From positions 41,416,001 to 41,480,000 of the forward strand of contig NC_073394.1 of NCBI RefSeq assembly GCF_028641065.1: a DNA stretch of 64,000 bases, given 5' to 3'. Numbering within the stretch: the stretch's first letter is position 1; the number at the start of each line of letters is the position of its first letter. A program made the position numbers and the translations under genes. Shown here one piece after another: positions 1-11,700 of this stretch. This DNA is from Leucoraja erinacea (taxonomy: Eukaryota). The notes under the pieces were generated by a model that was not told where the DNA came from, searched no databases, and worked only from the letters and a program-made list of their open reading frames with translations.

Positions 1-338
1 CTCCAGCATTTTTTTTGTGTCTATCTTCAGTGTATACCAACATCTGCAGTTCCTTCCTACAAATGGAAGTTCGGAGGTCATAGAAACATAGGTGCAGGAG
101 TAGGCCATTCGGCCCTTCGAGTCAGCACTGTCATTCAATATGATCATGGCTGATCATCTAAATCAGTACCCTGTTCGTGATTTTCCCCCCATCATTCTTG
201 ATTCCTTTAGCCCTTAGAGCTAAATCTAACTCTTTCTTGAAAACATCCAGTGAATTGGCCTCCACTGCTTCTGTGTCAGAAAATTCCAGATTCACAACTC
301 TCTGGGTGAAAACGTTTTTCCTCGTCTCAGTCCTAAAT

Positions 339-1365
339 TCGGAGTGGCGGCGCGGATCTGGCTGCAGCGGCTTACCGGCGGTCCCGTTGTCTTTGTGTTT
401 TTCATGTTGTTATTTTGTTTAGTTTTTGGTTTTAGCTTGTGCTTTGGGGGGGGGGGGTTGAAACGGGGTTTGCAGTCTCTCCCTGCGGGGGAATACGACC
501 TTTTTGTCGTATTCCCCTTCTCTGCCTCCGTCTGCACTGAGGCCTAATGGAGCTGACGACCTCGAGGCTCCGGAGGCAGAGCACCGTCAGGACTCGCTCT
601 GAGCTCGCTCCCGTGAGGGTGGTCCGGCTCAGGGCTGGAAGAGTTTGGGACGCTCCCGTGAGGGCGGCCAGCCCGAGGGTGGAACGAGGCTCCCATCGGA
701 GCGGCCGAGCTCGGGAAGGTGCGGCGCTGGCAGCCCGAGAGGTTCGGCGCCAAGTCGGGGCGGCCCGGTCCGGGGGAGGTTCGGTGCCCAAGTCGGGGCG
801 GCCCGGTCCGGTGGGAGAAGCGACTCCCATGTCGGGGTGGCCCGGTCCGGGGGGAGAAGCGACGCCCAAGTCGGGGCGGCCCGGTCCGGGGGGAGAAGCG
901 ACGCCCAAGTCGGGGCGGCCCGGTCCGGGGGAGGTTTGGCGCCCAAGTCGGGGCGGCCCAGCCCGAGGCTGAAGACGGCGCAGTACTCACGTGAGGGTGG
1001 CTGGGACGGTGTTCTGGCGGCGGTGGCCTGAGTCCGGGGTTCGGCCGCGGGCCAGCAGCTGCTTCTGCAGGACTGGTGGGCGGCAGCTTCAACCACCCCG
1101 GGCCGCGGTGTTTGAGCCGCGGGACTGTTCTTAACATCGCCCGGGGGGGGGGTTATCGCCCCAGCGCAGAGGGACAAGAGGAGGGAAGAGACTGCGACCT
1201 AAGACTTTTACCTCCATCACAGTGAGGAGATGCTGGGTGGACTCACTGTGGTGGATGTTAATGTGTATTTATTGTTGTTTTATTGTATGGTATTATATGT
1301 ATGACTGCTGCAATTTCGTTCAGACTTCGGTCTGAATGACAATAAAAGGCTATCTATCTATCTGT
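339..1365 (+). mobile_element. GC-rich non-autonomous retroelement with internal minisatellite, inserted into a CR1 3' fragment
   Basis: Flanked by CTAAAT direct repeats (333-338, 1366-1371). The 3' end has hairpin ttcagac-ttcg-gtctgaa, AATAAA and a (TATC)n tail. Host CR1 sequence continues on both sides. Confidence 0.6.
748..960. repeat. GC-rich minisatellite, about 38-39-bp unit (CCCAAGTCGGGGCGGCCCGGTCCGGGGG...)
   Basis: About 5.5 tandem copies visible. Confidence 0.9.
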
Positions 1366-1992
1366 CTAAATGGCCAACCCCTTACTCAAACTGAGCCCTG
1401 GTTCTGGACTCCCCCAACATAGGGAACATGTGCAGTTATATAAGATGACATTGAGGCAGCATTTACAACATTGTGTTCAGTTCTGGGCACCATGTTATGG
1501 GAAAGATGGTGTCAAGCTGGAATGGGTATGGAGAAGATTTACGAGGACGTTGCCAGGAATCGAATGTGTGAGCTATAGGGACATAGGATAAACAGGCTGG
1601 TATTCTATTCCTTGGAGCGCAGGAGGATGAGGGGTGAACTTATAGAGGTGTATATAACCATGAGGCATAGGTCGGGTAGATGCACGGTGCAGGGATATCG
1701 AGGACCAGAGAATCAGTTCGACAGGTACATGGACCGGACAGGTTTGGAGGGATTTGGGCCAAATACAGGCAGGTGGGACTAGTGAAACTGGGACATGTTA
1801 GCCGGTGTGGACAAGTTGGGCCGAAATGTCTGTTTTCACACAGACTCTATGCTGAGTTACTCCAGCACTGTGTGTCAGTGTGCATCTGTGTTATTGTACA
1901 GGGCCACCTCGATACACATCTAGTTCCCACCGCTGTAATAAATAAATATTCAAAGCCAGCGGATGTACAGCCGGGAAACAACGCGAGGGCAC

Positions 1993-2004
1993 GAAAACGA
2001 AAGT
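1993..2004 (+). promoter_or_regulatory. ISRE/IRF-binding-like element just upstream of the start codon
   Basis: GAAAACGAAAGT fits GAAANNGAAA and ends 16 nt before ATG 2021; an AT-rich TATA-like run lies at about 1936-1950. Confidence 0.5.
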
Positions 2005-2020
2005 AATTAATCTCTGCAAG

Positions 2021-2162
2021 ATGGTGGCGGGGAAGGGTGCGGGCTGCGGCCGGACGGGGGATGTCTGGGGGCTGAGGGGCTGCTGCTCCTCTCCGGGAAC
2101 CCGGCTGCCCACCCTGGTACTGGCGCTGGTACTGGCGCTGGCGGGGCTGCTACCCGCCGCAG
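2021..2162 (+). CDS. NCR3LG1: Exon 1: signal peptide (MVAGKG...[17 protein letters not shown])
   Basis: Strong Kozak context gcaagATGG, hydrophobic core, phase-1 donor CAG|GTAACG. Confidence 0.85.
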
Positions 2163-5100
2163 GTAACGGCCAATGCCCCCCACCCCCTCTCTCTTTCTCT
2201 CTCCCCCCCTCTCTCTCCCTCCCTCCGCCTCTTTCTCTCTCTCTCTCCCTCTTTCCCTCAAACACTCTTTTCCCTGCAAGTTGCACTTTCCAATCAATCT
2301 TAAAAAGTCTACGGCATCTGTTTATTCTTTGCAATGCTGACAATGTGATGGCTCTTTGCAGAGTGCAGTCCTTGCAGTTACAAATGTGATCGTTGAATCT
2401 CAAAGAGCCGCGCCCAAAAACTTGTCCAGAAATGTTTTGCGAGTTATATGATGTAATGTAATTATCGTTTGATTTGTTTTTGCTAAGTAGATTATATTTT
2501 GTGAAGGAGTGGAGATATTTTAGACGTGTGAAAGAAAACAAAAAGATCTAAGAACTACTAAAACAGGGCGATCTGTCACGAGTTACTCCAGCATTTTGCG
2601 TCAGTTTTCCACCAAAGAAGGAGTTCCTATACAACCCAAAACTTCTCTCCAGAGATGCTGCCTGTCCCGCTGAGTTAATCCAGCTTTTTTAAATTACAGT
2701 GTAAACCAGCATCTGCAGTTCCTTCCGACAAATCTCTGGAGACCATGGATGGGTGATGTTTTGGGTTGGGACCCTTCTTCAGATAAATGGGGGGTGGAGA
2801 GAATGCTGAAAGAGACGAGACAAAGCAAATGGTTAGTCAAAGGCCAGAGGTGAAAAGACAGAAGGTGTGAGACAAGTTGAGGTGGGGCAGAGGGGAGGGG
2901 TGGGGGAGAAGGGAGGGGTATGGGGGTTTGGTTATTTAAAATTGAAGAATTCAATGTTCATGTGACGTGCTGTTTCTCTTCTGGATCAACTCGTCCATGC
3001 CGACCATGATGCCCCATCTACTCTAGTCCCAATTGTCTGCTTACTTATCATAGAAACATAGAAAATAGGTGCAGGAGTAGGCCATTCGGCCCTTCGAGCC
3101 TGCACCGCCATTCAATATGATCATGGCTGATCATCCAACTCAATATTCTGTACCTGCCTTCTCTCCATACCCCCTGACCCCCTTAGCCACAAGGGCCACA
3201 TCTAACTCCCTCTTAAATATAGCCAATTAACTGGCCTCAACTACATTCTGTGGCAGAGAATTCCACTCTGTGTGAAAAATGTTTTTCCCAACTTGGTGCT
3301 AAAAGACTTCCCCCTTGTCCTTAAACTGTGACCCCTTGTTCTGGACATCCCCAACATCGGGAACAATCTTCCTGCATCTAGCCTGGCCAACCCCTTAAGA
3401 ATTTTGTACGTTTCTATAAGATCCCCCCCTCAATCTTCTAAATTCTAGCGAGTACAAGCCGTGTCTATCCAGTCTTTCTTCATATGAAAGTCCTGCCATC
3501 CCAGGAATCAGCCTGGTGAACCTTCTCTGTACTCCCTCTATGGCAAGAATGTCTTCCCTCAGATTAGGAGACCAAAACTGAACGCAATACTCCAGGTGTT
3601 CGTCCTCACCAAGACCTTGTACAACTGCAGTAGAACCTCCCTGCTCCTATACGCAAATCCTTTTGCTATGAATGCTAACATACCATTCGCTTTCTTCACT
3701 GCCTGCTGCACCTGCACACCTACTTTCAATGACTGGTGTACCATGACACCCAGGTCTCGTTGCATCTCCCCTTTTCCTAATCGGCCACCATTCAGATAAT
3801 AGTCTACTTTCCTGTTTTTGCCACCAAAATGGATAACCTCACATTTATCCACAATATACTGCATCTGCCATGCATTTGCCCACTCACCCAACCTATCCAA
3901 GTCACCTTGCAGCCTCCTAGCATCCTCCTCACAGCTTACACTGCCTCTCAGCTTCGTGTCATCCGCAAACTTCGAGATGTTGCATTCAATTCCCTCGTCC
4001 AAACAATTAATATATATTGTAAATAAATACCTGTCCATGGATATGCTATCTCAGTATATGTTATACTCAGCTACTCCAGCAATGTGATTCCATCTTCACA
4101 CAACCAGTTTTACTCTGTTTGAAAATGGCAGTAGTGGTTTGTTACATTACCACAGAGAAGCACCGTGGTGTAGGTCTAGAGTCGGGCACAGACAAGCAAG
4201 ACTGAGTAAGGCATCCCTTCCTGAATAGCATTAGTCACCATTTGTGCTTCCCTGACAGTATTGCAGCTTTTGCAGTCAGTATATCCTTTTCCAACCTCCT
4301 GGTCATTAACCCTGTTTCAGTTCCACATTTGCAATGACAATTTAGTTTTTTTGTTTAGTTTAGAGATATAGCGTGGAAGCAGGCTCTTTAACCCACCAAG
4401 TCTGCACCGACCAGTGATCCCCGCACACTTACACTACCCGACTACACAATTTTACATTTACACCAAGCCAATTAACCTACAATTAACCTGTACGTCTTTG
4501 GAGTGTGGGAGGAAACCGGAGCTCCCGGAGAAAACCCACGCAGGTCACGGGGAGAACGTACAGACAAGCACTCATAGTCAGGATGGAACCCAGGTCTCTG
4601 ACACTGTAAAGCAGTAGCTCTGCTGCTCTGCCACCGTGCTGCCCAGATTTGAATGGATTTCATAAGGGTAGGAGCAGTCTTAGAACAGTCTTTCGGCCCA
4701 TCAAGTCTACCCCACCATTCAATCATGGCTGATCTAACTCGCCCCCTCAACCCCATACTCCTGCATCTTCCCATAACTCTGACACCCGTACTAATCAATC
4801 TATCTCTTCCATAAAATATCCCTGATTTCCTTGAATTGTTAGTATTTTTGAAGCATGATCACAGTTGCAATATTAGAAACACAGTGAGTGGTCTAGTTTG
4901 CACATGGAAAATCTCACAAAGACCATGAGATCATGGAGAGGAAATTCGTTGTCACTGATGTTGATTACGTCTTAACTGGTGGGTAGATGTAGGGGCCCTC
5001 TTTAATAGTGATGAGTGATTTTGTATGTTCATTGTAGAATGTTGAGGGGTTAGTGTTGGTGTTTGTGATCAGGCACTTCAGCAACCTACCAGATAATTAG

Positions 5101-8100
5101 GTGATGCTTAAACTCAAGGAAACAGGCCCACTGAGTCTGCACCGACCAGCGATCCCTGTACATTATCATTATCCTACGTACACTAGGGACAATTTACATT
5201 TACACCAAACCAATTTACCTACAAACCTGTACGTCTTTGAAGTGTGGGAGGAAACCAAAGTTCTTGAAGAAAACCTGAGCAGGTCACAGGAAGAACGTAC
5301 AAACTACGTACAGACAGCACCCGTAGTCGGTATCGAACCTGGGTCTCTGGCGCTGGAGGCAGTAACTCTACCATTGCTCCACTGGGCCGCCCTAAAAGGT
5401 GGTGGGGGGGGGGGGGGGGGGGGGGGGTATTGGCAGATATGTGGACAAAGGCTGAAGGTTAAAAGCAAGACAAAAGCCAGGTCATTGGTGGACAGGGAAA
5501 TTGGAGATTTCAATTTCCATTGAAGCACTGTCTTGACCCAAAACGTTGCCTATCCATGTTCTCCAGAGATGCTGTCTGACCAGCTGAGTACTCCAGCACA
5601 TTGTGTGAGTTTTTTTGTAAAACAGCATCTGCAGTTCCTTGAGTATACATTGACATTGCAGAAGTAGATTGGTCGAAAGCTTCGAGTTCCTATGAATAAA
5701 TCTCACCAGCAATTTTTCCTGGACCATTCACATTGTCGGTTTGGCCAAGAAAGCCAACCACGCCTTCACTTCCTAAGAAGGAATTGGAAGTTGGGATGCA
5801 TCACAGCCAGGTTTAGGAACAACTCTATCCAAGACCGCCAGAAATTGCAGAGAACCGTGGACGTAGCTTCGACCATCATGCAAACCAACCTAAGATAGAC
5901 ACAAAATGCTGGAGTAACTCAGAGGGACAGGCAGCATTACTGTATAGAAGAAACGTTTCGGGTCGAGACCCTTCTTCAGATTCATGTAATCATGTATAGT
6001 CTTTTGTTCTCCCACACTCGCAACAAGGGCAGAGTCCCCCTAGTCCTCACCTTTCACCCCACCAGCCGTCACATACAACAAATAATCCTCCGTCAGTTTC
6101 GCCACCTCCAACATGACCCCACCACTCGCCACTTCTTCCCATCTCCCCCCTATGTCTGCCTTCCGCAAAGACTGCTCCCTCCGCAACTCCCTTGTCAATT
6201 CTTCCCTTCCCTCCCGCACCACCCCCTCCCCGGGCACTTTCCGTTGCAACAGCAAGAGATGCAACACCTGTCCCTTTACCTCCCCCCTCGACTCCATTCA
6301 AGGACCCAAGCAGTCGTTCCAGGTGCGATAGAGGTTCTCCTGTATCTCCTCCAACCTCATCTACTGCATCCGCTGCTCTAGATGTCAGCTGATCTACATC
6401 GGTGAGACCAAGCGGTGGTTGGGCGATCGTTTCGCCGAACACCTCCGCTCGGTCCGCAAGAACCTACCTGACCTCCCGGTGGCTCAGCACTTCAACTCCC
6501 CCTCCCATTCCCAATCCGACCTCTCGGTCCTGGGTCTCCTCCATTGCCAGAGTGAGCAACACTGGAAATTGGAGGAACAGCACCTCATATTCCGCTTGGG
6601 GAGCCTGCATCCGGCGGGCATGAACATTGAATTCTCCCAATTTTGTTAGCCCTCACTGTCTTCTCCCCTTCCTTAGCCCTCGAGCTGTCTCCTCCCATCC
6701 CCCAACCGTCGGGCTCCTCCTCCTCCTTTTTCCTTCCTTCTCCCCGCTACCCCCTATCAGTCTGAAGAAGGGTTTCGGCCCGAAACGTTACCTATTTCCT
6801 TCGCTCCATAGATGCTGCTGCACCCGCTGAGTTTCTCCAGCATTTTTGTGTACCTTCGATTTTCCAGCATCTGCAGTTCCTTCTTGAACACGTATAGTCA
6901 TTTATTGACTGGATAGCACGCAAACAAAAATCTTTTCACTGTACCTCGGTACACGGGATAATAATAAACTAAACTGAACTTCATGTTTTTGATTTCCATT
7001 TAGATTCGTTGGATATGAACATTTTTGCCAGTCCGATGGAAGTACATTTGAACGAATCGGTTTTGTTGGAATGTAAATTTACTGGGTTTACAGCACCGCT
7101 TGACTTGACAAATGTAGGTGTGCAGTGGTTCGGACCAGGCCAGGAAAAAATCTATGTTTTTGAAACGGGAGTACATAAGCTCAAGAAACCTGGCACAGAA
7201 ATATCCGACATTGAACTATCCAAAGGAGATGCTTCACTTCATCTTAATAATGTCCAATTGAACAATGAAGGGCAGTATACTTGCGTTGTGTTTGTCACTC
7301 CTGAAAAGGCACAGAAGAGTTCGGAACTGCGAGTTTTAGGTAAAACACCGTCAACTTTACTTGTGGTGATCTGCTCTGTTATTACTGGGGGTAGACAAAA
7401 ATACTAGAGAAACTCAGCGGGTGCAGCAGCATCTATGGAGCGAAGGAAATAGGCAACGTTTCGGGCTAAAACCCTTCTTCAGACTAATGTAGGGTGGGGC
7501 GGGGGCGGGGAGAAGAAAGGAGAAAGGAAGAGGAGGAGCCAGAGGGCTGAGGGAGAGCTGAGAAGGGGAGGAGACAGCAAGGGCTACCGGAAATTGGAGA
7601 ATTCAATGTTCATGCTGTTAGGGTGCAGACTGCCCAAGCGGAATATGAGGTGCTGCTCCTCCAATTTCCGGTGGTCCTCACTCTAGCCATGGAGGAGGCC
7701 CAGGACAGAAAGGTCGGATTGGGAATGGGAGGGGGAGTTGAAGTGCTGAGCCACCGGGAGGTCAGGTTGGTTAATGTGGACCGAGTGGAGGTGTTCGGTG
7801 AAACGATCGCCAAGCCTGGCTTGGTCTCACCGATGTAGATCAGCTGACATCGAGAGCTGCGGATGCAATAGATGAGGTTGGAGGAGGTGCAGGTGAACCT
7901 CTGTCGCACCTGGAACGACTGCTTGGGTCCTTGAATGGAGTTGAGGGGGGAGGTAAAGAGACAAGTGTAGCATCTCTTGCTGTTGCAAGGGAAAGTGACC
8001 GGGGAGGGGGTGGTGCGGGAGGGAAGGGAAGAATTGACCTTCGAGTTGAGGGAGCGGTCTTTGCGGAAAGCAGACGGGGGGAGGTGGGAAGATGTGACGA

Positions 8101-8670
8101 GTGGTGGGGTCACGTTGGAGGTGGCGAAAATGATGGAGGATTACTTGTATGTGACGGCTGGTGGGGTGAAAGGTGAGGACTAGGGGGACTCTGCCCTTGT
8201 TACGAGTGGGGGGATGGGGAGAGAGAGCAGTGTTACGGTGTTACCCTAGTGAGAGCCTCATCTATAGTAGGGGAGGGGAGGGGAGAGCCTCATCTATAGT
8301 AGGGGAGGGGAATCCCCGTTCCCTGAAGAATGAGGACATTTCCGATGCCCTGGTGTGGAACACCTCATCCTGGGAGCAGATGCGGTGTACACGAATTGGA
8401 ACTCGGTCCACATTAACCAACCTGATATCCCTGTGGCTCAGCACTTCAACTCCCCCTCCCATTCCGTATCCAACTTCTCTGTCCTGGGCCTCCTCCATGG
8501 CCAGACTGCGCACCACCGGAAATTGGAGGAGCTGCACCTCATATTCCGCCTGGGCAGTCTGCACCCTAGTGGCATGAAGATTGACTTCTCCAATTTCCGA
8601 TAGCCCTTGCTGTCTCCTCCCCTTCTTAGCTCTCCCTCAGCCCTCTGGCTCCTGCTCTTCCTTTCTCCTT

Positions 8671-8741
<71 letters not shown>

Positions 8742-11700
8742 GGGTTTCGGACCGAAACGTTGCCTATTTCCTTCGCTCCATAGATGCTGCTGCACCCGCT
8801 GAGCATCTCCAGCACTTCTGTCTACCTTCGATTTTCCAGCATCTGCAGGTCCTTCTTTAAACCTGTTATTACTGGATCTTGATGGTAAAAATGGCTTTCA
8901 CCAATTGGCCTTCATCGGCCTGCGTATTGAATATAGAATTTTGGAGGTCATGTTGCAGTTATATAGGAGGTTGGTGAGGCTGTATTTAGAGTATTGTGTT
9001 GTGTTCTGGGGACCATGCCAGTTTCCATGCTGCATGTCTAAAGTCTAAACTAGTATAGATGGGGCACTTTGGTCATTGTGGGCAAATTGGGCTGAAGGGT
9101 CTGCTTCTGTGCTGTGTGACAGTGGCCCTTAGACTTAAGAGTCTTATAATGTGACTTAGATATTTCTGGTAATACACTGCATGGCAACTAACCCGAGGTT
9201 GCACTTGTCTTTAATACAGCTCAGCCGAAGCTGCATTTATCCACACAACATGTTACCATTGAGACTGGTGCGGAGAAGCTGGTGACATGTGATGCTACGG
9301 GATTTTACCCTGAGGCACATAACATCTACTGGGAAAAAGTATCCAAGGATAAGACTGAGAAACTAAGCCACGATGTCTTCAACACACCTCCAGTTCGTAA
9401 TCCGGATAAAACCTTTAATGTCTCCAGTGCAATGAGAATTGAACCAACTCTAGTTGATAATGGCAATGTGTACAAGTGTGTCATGGAGCATAAATCATAT
9501 ACTGACCCTCTCTCGCTCGAGTTGAAACTCACAGTCGAAGGTATGTTACATCCTTTGGAAAAGTATGGTTTAGTTATTGCCAAATCTACCGAGGTACAGT
9601 TCAAAGCTTTGTTTGTGTGTTCTCGAGTCCAGAAAAGATTAGTTTAGTTTAGTTTATTGTCACATGTACCAAGGTAAAGTGAAAAGCTTTTGTTTACATG
9701 TTATTATGTCACAGAAACATCGAAAAGTAGGTGCAAGAGTTGGCCATTCGGCCCTTCGAGCCAGCATGATCATGGCTGATCATCTAAAATCGGTACCCCG
9801 TTCCTGCTTTTTCCCCATATACCTCGATTCCTTTAGCCCTAAGAGCTAAATCTAACTCTCTTGAAACCATCCAGTGAATTGGCCTCCACTGCCTTCTGTG
9901 GCAGGGAATTCCACTGATTCACAACTCTCTGAGTGAAGAAGATTTTCCTCAACTTAGTTCAAAATGAGCTACCCCTTATTCTTAAACTGTGACCCCTGGT
10001 TCTGGACTCCCCAACATCGGGAACATTTTTCCTGCATCTAGTCTGTCTAATCCTTTAAGAGTTTAAGGACCCCTCTCATCCTTCTAAAGTCCAGAAAAGA
10101 TTAGTTTGGTTTAGTTTATTATCACGTGTACCAAAGTGCAGTGAAAAGCTTGAGTTGTATGCTAACCAGTCATCTCCCCCCATGTCTGCCTTCCGCAAAG
10201 ACCGCTCCCTCCGCAACTCCCTTGTCAATTCTTCCCTTCCCTTCCCTCCCGTACCACCCCCTCCCCGGGCAATTTCCGTTACAACTGCAAGAAATGCAAC
10301 ACCTGTCCCTACACCTCCCCCCTCGACTCCATTCAAGGACCCAAGCAGTCGTTCCAGGTGCGACAAAGGTTCACCTGTATCTCCTCCAACCTCATCTACT
10401 GCATCCGCTGCTCTAGATGTCAGCTGATTTATATCGGTGAGACTAAGCGGAGGTTGGGCGATCGTTTCGCCGAACACCTCCGCTCAGTCTGCAATAACCT
10501 ACCTGAACTCCGTGGCTCAGCAGTTCAACTCCCTCTCCCATTCCCAATCTGACCTCTCTGTCCTGGGTCTCCTCCATTGCCAGAGTGAGCAACACCGGAA
10601 ATTGGAGGAACAGCACCTCATATTCCACCTGGGTTGCTTGCGTCCGGATGGCATGAACATTGAATTCTCCCAATTTTGCTAGCCCTTGCTGTCTCCTCCC
10701 TTTCCTTAACCCTCGAGCTGTCTCCCCCCATCCCCCCCCCCCCTCCCCCCCCCCGCCCTCGGGCTCCTCCTCCCCTTTTCCTTCCATCTCCCCCCCACCA
10801 CCCATCAGTCTGAAGAAGGGTTTTGGCCCAAACGTCACCTATTTCCTTCGCTCCATAGATGCTGCTGCACCCGCTGAGTTTCTCCAGTATTTTTGTGTAC
10901 CCAGCGGAAAGACTATACCTGATTACAATTGATTCATTCACAGTGTACAGATCCATGACAAATGACATTTAGGGTAAGATAAAACCCCGTAAAGTCCGAT
11001 TAAAGATAGTCCAAGGGTTTCCAGTGCGGTTTGCCAGTTGCTCAGGACTGTTGTCTAATTGTTGAGAGGATGATTCAGTTGCCTGATAACAGACTATACA
11101 TGAATACAACCAAGCTGTCCACAGTGCTTGGATAAAGGGCACAACATTTAGTACAAACTTTGAAGTCCAATAAAGTCCAACTAAAGATCGTTTAAAGGTC
11201 TCCAATGAGGTAGATGGGAGGTCAGGACCACAAAGTATTGGTGTGCTTTCTTGGCCTTTGCTTCAATGTGGCTGGTGCAGGACAAATTTATTTTGTTATT
11301 TATTCATAGGAACTTGGAGATATTTTACAGCGTACTTTATTAAAATGTTTCCAATAATATATATGAAAATATTTGTGTGTGCTTAATACATATCCTTCAC
11401 TGAGATGTGCAGCGCTTTAACTGGGGTTTATCCTTTGACCAAGATAAGAATGGGAGGATTTAAGATGAGAGGGGAGAGTTATTGGAAATTTGAGAATAAC
11501 TCTTTCAGAAAGAGGTGGTGGGTATATGGAAGGAGCTGCCAGGGGAGGTAGTTGAGACAACATTTAAAAGACATTTGGAGAGGTTAGAAGGATATGGGGT
11601 AAATAAGGACAGGTGTCGAGAGTCAAGTCGTCAAGAGAGTTTATTGTCATGTGTCCCAGATAGGACAATTAAATTCTTCCAAGTGTTTAATAGACATTTG

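Noticed and set aside
432-1177. Overlapping Pro/Gly/Arg-rich ORFs on both strands
   Set aside because: They come from a GC-rich minisatellite that lacks stop codons; no domain signal.
8671-8739. Poly-Pro/poly-Gly ORFs from long C or G runs (also about 30447-30497 and 62964-63002)
   Set aside because: These are homopolymer tracts within repeats, and their lengths are unreliable in assemblies.
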